Positions 28,092 through 38,723 of a stretch of 64,000 bases of DNA are shown here, in pieces. Location of the stretch: NCBI GenBank assembly GCA_001628005.1, contig LUQU01000003.1:14890-78889 (forward strand), read 5' to 3'. Numbering within the stretch: position 1 is the first letter of the stretch; each line of letters begins with the position of its first letter. The translations under genes were made by a program, and so were the position numbers. Under the pieces are notes generated by a model. It had not been told where the DNA came from and ran no database searches. It worked only from the letters and a program-made list of their open reading frames with translations. The stretch comes from SAR86 cluster bacterium REDSEA-S09_B4 (lineage in GTDB: Bacteria > Pseudomonadota > Gammaproteobacteria > Magnimaribacterales > Magnimaribacteraceae).

Positions 28092-30947
28092 TTAGCTAAA
28101 TTCTTCCATGGAAGGACAGCTACAGAGTAAATTTCTATCGCCATAAACATTATCAACCCTGCTAACTGGGCACCAATACTTATTACTTCTTAAGCTATCA
28201 ATAGGATAAGCTGCTTTTGATCGTGAATAGGGATGGTCCCATTCATCAGCAGAAACCTGCTCTGCTGAATGCGGAGCATTCTTTAACATATTATCTTTTA
28301 CATCTAAATCACCAGCTTCAATTTGCTTAATTTCTTTTCTAATTTCTATCATTGCCTTACAAAACCTATCCAGTTCTGCCTTAGATTCACTCTCAGTAGG
28401 TTCTATCATCAAGGTACCGGCTACAGGCCAAGACATGGTTGGCGCGTGAAAACCGTAATCTATTAGTCTTTTGGCAATATCCTCGACTTCAATATCTGCA
28501 CTTTCTTTAAAACTTCTCACATCAATGATGCATTCATGCGCAACCAAGTCATTTTCTCCTTTATAAAGAACTTCAAAATGTTTTTTAAGGCGATGGGCTA
28601 TGTAGTTAGCATTTAGGATGGCGGCTTGTGAAGCTTCTTTTAATCCAGAAGCACCCATCATTTTGATGTACATCCAGCTAACAGGAAGGATGCTGGCACT
28701 TCCCCATTCAGTTGCACTCACAGGACCTACAGGGGAATCTTCAAGATGATTTCCGGGTAGAAAATCTTTTAAATGTTCAGCTACGCCTATGGGCCCAACT
28801 CCGGGACCACCACCACCGTGAGGTATGCAGAAAGTTTTATGCAAATTTAAATGAGAAACGTCACCGCCAAATTTACCCGGGTAACACAAACCGATCATGG
28901 CATTTAGGTTTGCCCCATCTATATAAACCTGGCCCCCGTGTTTGTGTACAACTTCACAAACCTTTCTTACATTTGTTTCAAATACACCGTGGGTAGACGG
29001 GTAGGTAATCATGATAGAAGAAAGATTATTTGAGTTTTCTTTTGCTTTTTCCTGCAAATCAGTTAAATCAATATTGCCCTCTTTATCGCAGTTAATAGGA
29101 ATGATCTTCATACCAACCATCTGAGCGGAAGCCGGGTTTGTCCCATGTGCAGACATGGGTATTAGGCAGATATTTCTGTCATTATCTCCTTTGCTTCTAT
29201 GAAAGGCATCTATTGCCAGAAGACCGGCATATTCTCCTTGCGAACCTGCGTTCGGTTGCAAAGATACCTTTGAGTAACCTGTAATATTTACTAGCTGTTC
29301 TTCTAATTCATCAATTAATTGTTTATAGCCTTTTGTTTGGTTTTCTGGGGCGAAAGGATGAATAGAAGAAAATTCTGGCCAACTGACAGGTAACATTTCT
29401 GAAGTAGAATTTAGCTTCATGGTACAAGAACCCAGAGGAATCATAGCTCTATCAAGTGCGATGTCCTTCTCGTAGAGTCTTTTTATGTAACGCAACATTT
29501 CCGTTTCCGTACGGTATGTATTGAAAACAGGATGTTGGAGATACTTGCTAGTTCGCAAAAGGGCTTTAGGGATCGAGCTAGTTTCTTCTTTAGGTTCTTT
29601 TACAGACTTAATTGAAAAAACGGAAAGAATATTCTTTAGTACTTGCTCATCTACACTTTCATCTAAAGAAATACCTATAAAGTTCTTATTTATTTTCCTT
29701 AGATTAATACCCTTTTGTGAAGCAGCTTCTAACAAAGAGTCAGTATTCTCACCTGAATCAATCGTTATTGTGTCGAAGAAGTGTTTGGTTCTTACCTTAA
29801 ATCCTTTTTCTTCAAGTGATTTGGCTAACTGAATGGTATGTTTGTTAACCTCATTGGCTATATTCTTTATACCCTCAGGTCCATGATATACACCATAAAA
29901 TCCTGCCATAATTGCTAAAAGAGCTTGAGCTGTACAAATATTACTAGTGGCCTTTTCTCTTCTTATATGTTGTTCTCTTGTTTGGAGAGCCAATCTGTAA
30001 GCTACTTTTCCTTTTTGGTCTATAGAAGCACCTACCAATCTGCCCGGTAAAAGTCTTTTAAATTCTTCTTTCACAGACATAAAAGCTGCATGAGGGCCTC
30101 CGTAACCCATTGGTACACCAAATCTTTGGGAGGAGCCTATAGCAATGTCTGCTTTGAGCTCGCCTGGGGATTTTAGTAAACATAAAGCCAAAAGGTCTGT
30201 GGCTAAAATTACTACAGCATCTTTTTTCTTCGAAAAACCAATTTCTTCAGAAAAAGAATTGATTTCTCCTTCTGCATTAGGGTATTGGAAAATAGCCCCA
30301 AAATAATCTTCTTTTTTACAAGAAGCGGAAGGGCCAATAATTATTTTTATATCTAAAGGCTTAGCTCTTGTTTGCATGACTTTAATGGTTTGCGGAAAAC
30401 ACATTTCATCAACAAAGAAGTTATTAGATTTAGATTTAGAAACTCTCTTGGCCAAAGTCATAGCTTCTGCAGCTGCAGTGGCTTCGTCTAATAATGAAGC
30501 GTTTGAAATATCTAAACCAGTTAGATCACTTACCATCGTCTGGAAGTTTATTAGAGCTTCCAATCTACCCTGAGAGATTTCCGGTTGATACGGGGTGTAA
30601 GAGGTGTACCAACCAGGATTTTCAAATACATTTCTTAAAATAACTGTTGGCGTGAGAGTGTTGTAGTAACCCTGTCCAATAAAAGAATGATGCAAGCTAT
30701 TTTGTGAGGCTATATGTTTTAGTTCTTTTAAAGCTTTCTCTTCAGAAATTCCTTCATTCAAATTTAAAGGATCCGTATTTAGGATATCCTTGGGTACAAC
30801 TTTTTTTATAAAATCGTCATAGTTTGAGAAACCAATCTCTTGCAGCATTTGGTCTCTTTCATCGTCTCCTAGACCAATATGTCTTGTAGAAAATGATTTT
30901 AAGGTTGATGGCTTATTCTGAGGTGAATTTTTTTTAGATTCAGACAT
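28092..30947 (-). CDS. gcvP: glycine dehydrogenase (decarboxylating), glycine cleavage P protein
   Basis: 951-aa single-chain P protein with the conserved PLP-lysine context [16 protein letters not shown]. Confidence 0.96.
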   Translation of the reverse strand: MSESKKNSPQNKPSTLKSFSTRHIGLGDDERDQMLQEIGFSNYDDFIKKVVPKDILNTDPLNLNEGISEEKALKELKHIASQNSLHHSFIGQGYYNTLTPTVILRNVFENPGWYTSYTPYQPEISQGRLEALINFQTMVSDLTGLDISNASLLDEATAAAEAMTLAKRVSKSKSNNFFVDEMCFPQTIKVMQTRAKPLDIKIIIGPSASCKKEDYFGAIFQYPNAEGEINSFSEEIGFSKKKDAVVILATDLLALCLLKSPGELKADIAIGSSQRFGVPMGYGGPHAAFMSVKEEFKRLLPGRLVGASIDQKGKVAYRLALQTREQHIRREKATSNICTAQALLAIMAGFYGVYHGPEGIKNIANEVNKHTIQLAKSLEEKGFKVRTKHFFDTITIDSGENTDSLLEAASQKGINLRKINKNFIGISLDESVDEQVLKNILSVFSIKSVKEPKEETSSIPKALLRTSKYLQHPVFNTYRTETEMLRYIKRLYEKDIALDRAMIPLGSCTMKLNSTSEMLPVSWPEFSSIHPFAPENQTKGYKQLIDELEEQLVNITGYSKVSLQPNAGSQGEYAGLLAIDAFHRSKGDNDRNICLIPMSAHGTNPASAQMVGMKIIPINCDKEGNIDLTDLQEKAKENSNNLSSIMITYPSTHGVFETNVRKVCEVVHKHGGQVYIDGANLNAMIGLCYPGKFGGDVSHLNLHKTFCIPHGGGGPGVGPIGVAEHLKDFLPGNHLEDSPVGPVSATEWGSASILPVSWMYIKMMGASGLKEASQAAILNANYIAHRLKKHFEVLYKGENDLVAHECIIDVRSFKESADIEVEDIAKRLIDYGFHAPTMSWPVAGTLMIEPTESESKAELDRFCKAMIEIRKEIKQIEAGDLDVKDNMLKNAPHSAEQVSADEWDHPYSRSKAAYPIDSLRSNKYWCPVSRVDNVYGDRNLLCSCPSMEEFS

Positions 30948-30951
30948 TCAA

Positions 30952-31338
30952 TTAGTCTTCACATTGCTCGCTGTACTCTTCTGGCGTAAGCAAGTTTTCA
31001 AATTCAGAGCTGTCTGTTACTTCTATTTTAAAGAACCAACCCTCTTCAAAAGCTGAAGAGTTTACAATTTCAGGAGAGTCTTCCAAAGACGAATTGAGAT
31101 CTACTATTTTGCCACTCATAGGAGAGTACACTTCTGAAGCTGCTTTGACAGATTCAACTACAGCTGCCTCATCTCCCTGATTGACCTCTGAATCCAATTC
31201 CGGTAACTCTACAAAAACAATATCTCCAAGTTGATCTTGGGCATAATCACTAATTCCAACAGTAACTATTCCATCTTCCTCTAACCTTGCCCATTCGTGG
31301 CTAGATAAAAATTTATAATTTTCTGGTATATCTTTCAT
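30952..31338 (-). CDS. gcvH: glycine cleavage system H protein
   Basis: 128 aa with the lipoyl-lysine motif VESVKAASEVYSP. Confidence 0.93.
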   Translation of the reverse strand: MKDIPENYKFLSSHEWARLEEDGIVTVGISDYAQDQLGDIVFVELPELDSEVNQGDEAAVVESVKAASEVYSPMSGKIVDLNSSLEDSPEIVNSSAFEEGWFFKIEVTDSSEFENLLTPEEYSEQCED

Positions 31339-31350
31339 GAAACTTTATTC

Positions 31351-32436
31351 TTAAAAAACTATTTTTCCTTCTTTCACAAACCTTGGCTGACCGATTGCAG
31401 CAGTGAATATTTTACCTCTTACTTCTGCAAGGCACGTTTCTCTATAAGAAGGCGCTATTCTAGCTAAAGCTATAGATTTTTTCAGTGTTGGAGAGTAAGT
31501 ACCGCTTGTAACAATCCCTTTTTTGGTCTTTTGTTCATCAAAAAATATTTCTTGATTAGATCTAACTATGCACCTGTCTTCGAATAGAAGTCCCTTTAAC
31601 AATTGATGATCTCCGGTTTTCTTTTTAAGTTCAAATGCTTCCTTCCCAATAAAGTTTCTTTCTTTATCCTTCAAAGAGACTGTCCAAGCCATATTGCATT
31701 CAAGGGGTGAAATCTTTTCATCCATTTCAAAACCATAAAGATTCATTCCAGCCTCCAACCTAAGAGTGTCTCTTGCAGCAAGACCCACAGGGCTTGCTCC
31801 AGACTGTATAGCTTTTTGCCATAAAGAATTAGCTTTCTCATTATCTATCATCACTTCAACCCCCTTTTCACCAGTGTATCCTGTGGTTGTAACCAATGTT
31901 CCGTTTTCCATTAAACCTTCAAAGGGTCTTTTCTTCATCAATTCGCTAGTCGTTTCAGCGTTAAAACATCTCGATAAAACTTTCAAAGCGTTTGGCCCCT
32001 GAATAGCTATCATTGATAAATCTGTGCGCTCTGAAAAAGAAACATCCATATCACCTACTTGAGAAGCTATCCAACTTATATCAGACTCTCTAGTCGCACA
32101 GTTGACCACCAACCTGTAGCCTGATTCCAGTTTGTAGGCTATTAAATCATCTAGAATTCCTCCTGATTCATTCAATAAAGCTGAATACAGACCATCAAAG
32201 TATTCATTTAATGAATTTATATCATTAGCCAAAAGCTTTCTTAGGAACTCTTTTGCATCTTTGCCTTTAAAATCAAGAATAGTCATGTGTGAAACATCAA
32301 AAATACCGCATGAATTCCTAACCTGTTCATGTTCACTGAGTTGAGAACCATAATTTATAGGCATATTCCACCCATGGAAATCGACCATCTTTGCAGAAGA
32401 GTCCAAGTGTTGGTCGTGTAGAGCTGTTTTTTTCAA
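31351..32436 (-). CDS. gcvT: aminomethyltransferase, glycine cleavage T protein
   Basis: 361-aa GcvT-family sequence (FHGWNMPINY, GYTGEKGVE). TTG is the only in-frame start after an upstream TAA. Confidence 0.93.
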   Translation of the reverse strand: MKKTALHDQHLDSSAKMVDFHGWNMPINYGSQLSEHEQVRNSCGIFDVSHMTILDFKGKDAKEFLRKLLANDINSLNEYFDGLYSALLNESGGILDDLIAYKLESGYRLVVNCATRESDISWIASQVGDMDVSFSERTDLSMIAIQGPNALKVLSRCFNAETTSELMKKRPFEGLMENGTLVTTTGYTGEKGVEVMIDNEKANSLWQKAIQSGASPVGLAARDTLRLEAGMNLYGFEMDEKISPLECNMAWTVSLKDKERNFIGKEAFELKKKTGDHQLLKGLLFEDRCIVRSNQEIFFDEQKTKKGIVTSGTYSPTLKKSIALARIAPSYRETCLAEVRGKIFTAAIGQPRFVKEGKIVF

Positions 32437-32482
32437 GACTAATATATAGAAGTTAGTATTTTACTTCTTTTTTCTTTATCTG

Positions 32483-32505
32483 TTATCCACTCTTACTGTG
32501 GATAA
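32483..32505. promoter_or_regulatory. perfect 8-bp inverted repeat formed by two opposed DnaA-box-like 9-mers
   Basis: The sequence is TTATCCAC-TCTTACT-GTGGATAA. The bottom strand reads TTATCCACA (9/9 to the E. coli DnaA box consensus) and the top strand reads TTATCCACT (8/9). It lies in the gcvT/aminotransferase divergent intergenic region. Confidence 0.35.
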
Positions 32506-32649
32506 CTCTGTGCAGTATTTTAAGAAATCCTTTAATGAGGCCATAATTGTGATCTGATCAAAAATTAACCAGTCGATTTCAAAGCTGTATTGAAATGTTC
32601 GGGAGTGATATTATTTATTTCTGGTAAAAATACTTACCAAATCCAACAA

Positions 32650-33876
32650 ATGAATCAAAATTTAACTGTTCAAGAGGCTGAAGATCACTACCAAGAGCTA
32701 AAAGCTAGAGGTAGCCAACTTGATTTAACCAGGGGCAAGCCATCAAGTGAACAACTTGATCTCTCTCTAGATTTAGAGAACCTCCCGATTGGCAATTTTA
32801 TTGAGGATGGAATTGATACAAGGAATTATGGAGAACTACTGGGTTTAGAAAAAATGAGGCAATTAGGCTCAGAAATTCTTGGATGTAAAAAGGAAATGGT
32901 TATTGCAGGCGGCAACAGTAGCCTCACATTAATGGCCCAATATATCTCTAATTTATTTTTTCAAGGAAGCGGCGAGGGCCCTTGGTCTATGCAGGAAAGG
33001 AATTCTGTCCTGTGTCCAGTGCCTGGATATGACAGACACTTCACTTTATGTGATGAATTTTCAATAAATATGATACCTATTCCATTGACCGGTAATGGGC
33101 CAGACATCGAGAAAGCCAAATCTATTGTTTCAAATGATTCATCTGTTAAGGGAATATGGTGTGTTCCAAAACATTCAAACCCTACCGGAGAAACTTATAG
33201 CAAAGAATCTATTGAAGGGTTATTAGAAATAGCTAGTCAAAGAAAAGGGTTTAGAATCTTTTGGGATAATGCTTATGCAGTGCATGATTTTCAAGAATCT
33301 AACCCACTGGAGAACATCTTTACTTTAGCTGAAGAAAAAAAGATGTTGGATTCAATTATAGCCTTTGCCTCTACTTCAAAAATCACATTTGCTGGATCAG
33401 GAGTAAGCTTCATGGCCATGAGTGAAGCTAATTTAGACAACTTCATTAAACATTATTCCTCAATCGTGATTGGACCAGACAAAGTGAACCAATCAAGGCA
33501 CATAAAATTTTTTAAGAATTTTGAAGGACTTAAAAATCACATGCTTAAGCATGCAGAAATACTAAGCCCTAAATTTGAATTGGTTGATAAATGGCTTTCA
33601 AAACAAAATTTTGGATCTTGGACTAAGCCTACGGGTGGTTATTTCGTTACCTTTAAAAGTGAACCAGGACTGGCAAAGGAAATAATCAGTTTAGCTAAAA
33701 ATGCAGGATTAAAACTGACTCCAGCTGGAGCTACTTTTCCTTATGGAGTAGATCCCGAAGATGAAATAATTAGATTGGCCCCGACTGCCTGCACCATTGA
33801 GGAACTGGAACAAGCAATGCAAATCTTTAATGCTTGTGTAGCCTTAGCTAGTGTAAAGAAAACAGTTAGTTCTTAG
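32650..33876 (+). CDS. PLP-dependent aminotransferase, class I/II fold (aspartate aminotransferase-like subgroup with LDLTRGKPS motif)
   Basis: The ORF track begins at a TTG at 32590. I prefer the ATG at 32650 (MNQNLTVQEAE). It has the LDLTRGKPSSEQLDL N-terminal motif and a STSKITFAGSG PLP-lysine-like context. Confidence 0.75.
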   Translation: MNQNLTVQEAEDHYQELKARGSQLDLTRGKPSSEQLDLSLDLENLPIGNFIEDGIDTRNYGELLGLEKMRQLGSEILGCKKEMVIAGGNSSLTLMAQYISNLFFQGSGEGPWSMQERNSVLCPVPGYDRHFTLCDEFSINMIPIPLTGNGPDIEKAKSIVSNDSSVKGIWCVPKHSNPTGETYSKESIEGLLEIASQRKGFRIFWDNAYAVHDFQESNPLENIFTLAEEKKMLDSIIAFASTSKITFAGSGVSFMAMSEANLDNFIKHYSSIVIGPDKVNQSRHIKFFKNFEGLKNHMLKHAEILSPKFELVDKWLSKQNFGSWTKPTGGYFVTFKSEPGLAKEIISLAKNAGLKLTPAGATFPYGVDPEDEIIRLAPTACTIEELEQAMQIFNACVALASVKKTVSS

Positions 33877-34198
33877 TAGCTTCTAAAATATTATACGATT
33901 CGCCGTTAAACTCGCCGAAGAAGATTGGGACGTCAGGGTGTTCAACAGGAACTAGACTGTCATCTATTTGTAGGTTCTGCTGAGAGACGTAAGCAGAATA
34001 GAAAACCTGATCATTCTCAGCAAAAACATGATAAAAGGGTTGTTCTTTCTTGGGTCTGATTTCAGCAGGTATTGATTGATACCACTCCTCAGTATTATTA
34101 AATTCTGGATCTACATCGTAAATCACACCTCTGAAATCAAGGTATTTATGTTTTACAACTTGTCCTATGGAGTACTGTGTTTCAACTATTTCTTTCAT
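33866..34198 (-). CDS. hspQ: heat shock protein HspQ (YccV hemimethylated-DNA-binding domain)
   Basis: 110 aa with IGQVVKHKYLDFRGVIYDVDP, typical of HspQ/YccV. Confidence 0.8.
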   Translation of the reverse strand: MKEIVETQYSIGQVVKHKYLDFRGVIYDVDPEFNNTEEWYQSIPAEIRPKKEQPFYHVFAENDQVFYSAYVSQQNLQIDDSLVPVEHPDVPIFFGEFNGESYNILEATKN

Positions 34199-35409
34199 TT
34201 GAGTAAGTCTTTTAGTTCAACAGATTGGTCGCAAAGCACATCTGAACTTATTTTTAGTTTATTTGCAACCAGCTTTTTTGAAATTAAAAAATCTTTGGGG
34301 TTATTGACAGAATCAACAGCAATTAGTTCTCCCTTCTTTAGGTAAAAAAGCATAAATAACCTTTCTTCAATCGACCCCCTAACTACTGTTTCGTCATGGT
34401 CTCCAGAAATGCCAACTATCTGAAGTTTGTCTTCAAACTGGTCTGACCAAAACCAAGGGACTTGATCATACTTTTCTTGTTTACCCAGTAGCGATAGTGC
34501 AACTGTTTTAGCTTGCTCAAGTGCATTGTGTACTGATTCTAATCTGATGTTTTTATTTAGGTAAAAATTAGGATGATTAGTGCAGTCTCCGCAAGCAAAT
34601 ACAGAAGAGTCTTCAGTTCTTCCAAATTCGTCCACTAGAATACCATTACTGCATTTGAGCCCAGCTGATTCTGCTATCTCCTGGTTGGGCAATATACCCA
34701 CTCCGATAACCACGCTATCTGCATCCAGTATCGTGCCATCGGTACAAACAACTTTTTCAACATGAGTTTTGCCCTCAAATCTTTCTAGGGCTGATCCTAA
34801 AATTATTTCTACTCCTTTATTGCGGTGTAAGGTATCAAAATACTCAGAAATAATAGGATCGACAGTCCTATTCATAACTCGATCTTCCATTTCAACTACC
34901 GTTACTTTCAATCCTTTCTTTACTGCGGCGGCAGCTACTTCAAGGCCTATATACCCAGCACCTATAATTACTAGGCTTTTTCCTTTTTGAAATTGATCCT
35001 TAAGGTTATTTGAATCATTAATCGATCTGAGATAATTTATATTTTTTAAATCTGATCCTTCAACTTCTAGTTGTCTCACTCTACTTCCAGTTGCTAAGAC
35101 TAAGTTTTCATATGGAAGAGCTTCTCCTTTAGACAAATGAACCATCTTTTCTTTTCTGTCTAATGACAGAACTTTTGTTGCAACTTTTACAGTTACATTA
35201 TTTTGATCATAAAAACCTTGAGTTTTCATATAAACCCTATCAAGTTCCACATCACCGGATAGATAGTCTTTAGAGAGAGGAGGGCGTTGATAAGGTAAAT
35301 GATCTTCTTCACCTATGACTACTATAGACTTTTCGAAATTATTTCTTTTTAGTGTTAACACACATTGGGCAGCTGATTGCCCCGCACCTACGATAACTAG
35401 ATCCTTCAT
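34195..35409 (-). CDS. FAD-dependent NAD(P)H:ferredoxin/rubredoxin reductase-type oxidoreductase
   Basis: 404 aa with two dinucleotide-binding motifs (VIVGAGQSA, VIIGAGYIGLEVA) and an overall putidaredoxin-reductase-like layout. Its stop overlaps the hspQ start. Confidence 0.8.
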   Translation of the reverse strand: MKDLVIVGAGQSAAQCVLTLKRNNFEKSIVVIGEEDHLPYQRPPLSKDYLSGDVELDRVYMKTQGFYDQNNVTVKVATKVLSLDRKEKMVHLSKGEALPYENLVLATGSRVRQLEVEGSDLKNINYLRSINDSNNLKDQFQKGKSLVIIGAGYIGLEVAAAAVKKGLKVTVVEMEDRVMNRTVDPIISEYFDTLHRNKGVEIILGSALERFEGKTHVEKVVCTDGTILDADSVVIGVGILPNQEIAESAGLKCSNGILVDEFGRTEDSSVFACGDCTNHPNFYLNKNIRLESVHNALEQAKTVALSLLGKQEKYDQVPWFWSDQFEDKLQIVGISGDHDETVVRGSIEERLFMLFYLKKGELIAVDSVNNPKDFLISKKLVANKLKISSDVLCDQSVELKDLLK

Positions 35410-35483
35410 TATTAGAAAAGTACTCGATTATTCCTTTAAATAGAAATAAAGTTTACATTTAATTTCCAATAAGTGAGGACTAA

Positions 35484-35768
35484 ATGATAGGAATAATTGC
35501 GACCATGAAAATTAAGGAAGGCACAAATAAAGATTTTGAAGAAGTAGCGTCAAGACTACAAAGTGCTGTTACTGAAAATGAACCCGGTGTTGTTTATTAT
35601 GATTGGTATAAAGGTCAAGACGATACAACATATGTAGTTCTGGAACGCTATGAATCTCAAGATGCATTAGATGCTCACGGCCAAACAGATCACATGAAAA
35701 GTATTGGAGGTGAAATGGGTCAGTATATGGCTGGGCGCCCTGAGGTTACTATTCTTAAAAGTATTTAA
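35484..35768 (+). CDS. antibiotic biosynthesis monooxygenase (ABM) domain protein
   Basis: 94-aa ferredoxin-like ABM pattern (VLERYESQDALDAHGQTDH). Confidence 0.7.
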   Translation: MIGIIATMKIKEGTNKDFEEVASRLQSAVTENEPGVVYYDWYKGQDDTTYVVLERYESQDALDAHGQTDHMKSIGGEMGQYMAGRPEVTILKSI

Positions 35769-36827
35769 TTAAGACAGGTGAGGTAAAGAAAGGAATTCTC
35801 TCGACTTCATTTCCTTAAGCCTACTAAGAGCTCTTTCGATGGGTTTCAGCAATTTAGACCCTGAATAGATTTCTTTTATCTTTTTTTCTGAAGAAATTAT
35901 AAGGTTAACTTTTCGTTCATAACATTCATCGATAAGAGCAATAAATCTTCTTGTTTCATCTTCTTTTGACTCTGTAAGGAGTGGTATGTCAGATACCAAA
36001 AGGGTATGGAATTCCTTACTAATTTCTATGTAATCCTTTGAGCTTCTTGGACCTTCGCAGATATCATTAAAATGAAACCAAGCAACGCCTTGAGAAAGTT
36101 TTTTGGTATTAATATTTCTACCTAAAATTTCTATAGTTTGAGCAAGCTTGATCTCACCTTGAGCAAGCGAATTAAAGTGTTTCGATAGTATTTCATCCGT
36201 TTCTTTCGTACCTGAGATAAGTTGGATTTTTTCTTGTTCAAGATTTCTTAGCCTGTAATCTTGAGAGGTTTTTAGCTGATAGATTTTGCAATGGTTTTTT
36301 ATAGATTCAATAGCAGGATAAAACCTATCTCTGTGGAGACCGCCTTCATATAAAAATTCAGGGTGTATATTGGAAGTTGCTACTAGCGGTATTCCTGCTT
36401 CAAATAATCTATCTAAGAATCTAGCCAGCATCATTGCATCGCCAATATCCTCCACAAAGAACTCATCAAAACATAAAACATCAGCCTCTTGTGCCAGTTT
36501 TTCAACAATCTTTTTAATTGGGTCTTCTTGTTTTGCCATACGATTCATATCGTTGTGAAGATTTTGCATAAATCTGTGAAAATGAAGTCTGATTTTGTTT
36601 GGGGTGTCTAAACTTTGAAAAAATATATCCATGAGTTGAGTTTTACCAGAACCCACAGACCCATAAATATACAATCCATCCAGGGGCTTTTTACTGAACC
36701 ACGACCTAGATCTAACGGTAACTTTTTCTTGTAGGCTGTCTAATTCAACCAGCAGTTCTTTTTGAGCAGGATCGTCTATTAATTTTTCATTAGAAACCAA
36801 ATCTTCATGTATGCGTGAAGGTTTCAA
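35769..36827 (-). CDS. zapE: cell division protein ZapE (AFG1-like ATPase)
   Basis: 352 aa with Walker A GSVGSGKTQLMD, Walker B LCFDEFFVEDIGDA and AFG1-family layout. Confidence 0.85.
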   Translation of the reverse strand: MKPSRIHEDLVSNEKLIDDPAQKELLVELDSLQEKVTVRSRSWFSKKPLDGLYIYGSVGSGKTQLMDIFFQSLDTPNKIRLHFHRFMQNLHNDMNRMAKQEDPIKKIVEKLAQEADVLCFDEFFVEDIGDAMMLARFLDRLFEAGIPLVATSNIHPEFLYEGGLHRDRFYPAIESIKNHCKIYQLKTSQDYRLRNLEQEKIQLISGTKETDEILSKHFNSLAQGEIKLAQTIEILGRNINTKKLSQGVAWFHFNDICEGPRSSKDYIEISKEFHTLLVSDIPLLTESKEDETRRFIALIDECYERKVNLIISSEKKIKEIYSGSKLLKPIERALSRLKEMKSREFLSLPHLS

Positions 36828-36849
36828 AGAAATTCCTTTTTACTTAGAT

Positions 36850-37269
36850 TTAGGTTTCAGGGTTTTTAGTAAAGCTATGCAGGGTTTCATCTACGGGAGA
36901 CCAGTGTCTAGCACTTGAACTCCAGAAATTGGAATCTATTTTTAGCCAAGACGAATCATCTAAGCTTCCTGCTTTGACTAATCTTAAACCTTCTACTTCC
37001 TCTATTAAACTTAATAAGGGAGAGCCGCATTTCTCACAGAAACCTCGACTTATGTGGCTTCCGTCAGTACCGGTAACCGTATAAAACTTCAATTCTCCTT
37101 TAATTTCTAAAGCTTCTTCGGGAACCATAATAATTGTAGCTTTGCCAGAACCTGTCGACTTTTGACAATCTGTGCAATGGCAATGACTTGCAGATATTAC
37201 TGAAGACTCGCTAAAGCTATAACTTATGTCCCCACATAAGCAGCTGCCCGTTTTCTTTTCTTCACTCAT
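36850..37269 (-). CDS. GFA family protein (glutathione-dependent formaldehyde-activating enzyme-like, Zn/Cys-rich)
   Basis: 139 aa with the Cys pattern GSCLCG...CHCTDCQK...CEKCGSP, typical of the GFA/CENP-V fold. Confidence 0.8.
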   Translation of the reverse strand: MSEEKKTGSCLCGDISYSFSESSVISASHCHCTDCQKSTGSGKATIIMVPEEALEIKGELKFYTVTGTDGSHISRGFCEKCGSPLLSLIEEVEGLRLVKAGSLDDSSWLKIDSNFWSSSARHWSPVDETLHSFTKNPET

Positions 37270-38146
37270 CGTTTTTCCTTAATTTTTTACTCATTGGAAT
37301 TAAAGCAGAGGTACTTTCTTTGTATAGAAGATATTCTGGATCGTCTCCCCATTTCTTATCCGCTCTTCTCTCCAACATGCTAATTCCACTAATTCTGGTT
37401 AAGAGAATATAAACAAAAATAGGAGAAATCAAAGTAAGAAGTTGCCAACTCTCTAAAACCGGAAAAGCTATAAGAGCTATGCCAAGCCATAAAGTTATTT
37501 CTCCATAGTAATTCGGGTGCCTTGAAAAACGCCAAAGGCCTTCATTTATGAATTTATTTTCATTTTCCTTTTTGGCTCTAAATTTAGTTTTTTGATGGTC
37601 AGCTACAACTTCAATTATGAATCCTTCAAGCCATAAAATTATTCCAATAAGGGCAAACCAGCCTAGGGGCACAACCTTGCTTGAAGTCATTGCTGCTAGA
37701 CCTGCTGCCATGGTAATAAATACCCACAGCCCCCCAAGGGTCCAGGTAAATAAATACCACCAAAACTTGGTTTTCATCACGGTAAATCTGTTGTCCTTGC
37801 CCTCCCTTTTTACTCTAGAAAAAAGAAAATATCCTAACCTCACAGCCCAAACCATAATGAGGACTCCAATCAAGATCGATCTTATATCCAATTCACTTAG
37901 GGCCAAGAAAGTAAAAAGAACTATAGATAGATAAGAAGCTGAACCCGTTAAATCAAAATAGTGTTCTGTTTGGTAAATGTAAGAGGGTATAAAGATGAGC
38001 CAATGAAGTATAAATCCAATAGAAGCGGCAATGGCAAAAGAGGGAAGGCCAAGTAAATAAATTGAACCCGGACTGCCCGCTGCGGCTATGGCTATTCCTA
38101 AAACCAAGCATGCCAATATAGACATTATTGAAGCAGTGTTGCTCAT
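37262..38146 (-). CDS. DUF1295 family membrane protein (steroid 5-alpha-reductase/ICMT-like superfamily)
   Basis: 294-aa polytopic protein with the motif GLWRFSRHPNYYGEITLWLG. It overlaps the downstream GFA gene by 8 nt. Confidence 0.75.
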   Translation of the reverse strand: MSNTASIMSILACLVLGIAIAAAGSPGSIYLLGLPSFAIAASIGFILHWLIFIPSYIYQTEHYFDLTGSASYLSIVLFTFLALSELDIRSILIGVLIMVWAVRLGYFLFSRVKREGKDNRFTVMKTKFWWYLFTWTLGGLWVFITMAAGLAAMTSSKVVPLGWFALIGIILWLEGFIIEVVADHQKTKFRAKKENENKFINEGLWRFSRHPNYYGEITLWLGIALIAFPVLESWQLLTLISPIFVYILLTRISGISMLERRADKKWGDDPEYLLYKESTSALIPMSKKLRKNDE

Positions 38147-38210
38147 TTTTTTCTTTCCTATTAAGTTAAGTTCGTTATTGTATTGTATAAGTTTAAAGAT
38201 TAAGACTCTT

Positions 38211-38723
38211 ATGGATTTAAAAAACTATATTGATTCAATCGAGGATTGGCCACAAGAGGGTATTAACTTTAAAGATATTTCTCCAATTCTTGCTAACCCC
38301 GAAGCTTATAGTGAAAGCATATCCGGTATGTGCAATCTAATTAATCACAAGCCAGAAATGATTGCGGGGATTGATGCAAGGGGTTTTATTTTTGCTTCTG
38401 CAATAGCAGAGAGATTAAATATTGGTATGTTGTTGCTACGGAAAGGAGGAAAACTTCCGCCCCCTAAAATAGACATTCAATATGAACTTGAATACGGTTT
38501 AGACCAACTTGAAATTAAGGAAGCTCAAACTAAGGGAACAGAAATAATTTTGATTGATGATATTCTTGCCACTGGCGGAACCATGTCCGCTGCTTGCGAC
38601 CTATGTATAAAAGCAGGCTACACAGTAAAACAGGCTCTTGTGTTCATTGACTTAGTTAATGTTCATGAAGAAATAACCTTATCTAACGGCATTAAGGTCG
38701 AAAGCTTGATACAACTAGATTGA
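38211..38723 (+). CDS. apt: adenine phosphoribosyltransferase
   Basis: The ORF track starts at 38088, but the conserved APRT N-terminus begins at the ATG at 38211 (MDLKNYIDSIEDWPQEGINFKDISPIL). The PRPP motif is ILIDDILATGGT. Confidence 0.9.
   Translation: MDLKNYIDSIEDWPQEGINFKDISPILANPEAYSESISGMCNLINHKPEMIAGIDARGFIFASAIAERLNIGMLLLRKGGKLPPPKIDIQYELEYGLDQLEIKEAQTKGTEIILIDDILATGGTMSAACDLCIKAGYTVKQALVFIDLVNVHEEITLSNGIKVESLIQLD

Noticed and set aside
32437-32589. Glycine riboswitch upstream of gcvT, a common arrangement in many bacteria
   Set aside because: I read the minus-strand leader and found none of the conserved cores (GGAGAG...CACCGAAGGGGCAA-like tandem aptamers). The region is AT-rich and holds only the DnaA-box-like dyad.
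38088-38210. N-terminal extensions proposed by the ORF track for apt (from 38088) and for the aminotransferase (TTG at 32590)
   Set aside because: The extensions overlap the divergent upstream gene or promoter region and encode hydrophobic junk. The conserved protein N-termini begin at the internal ATGs (38211 and 32650).
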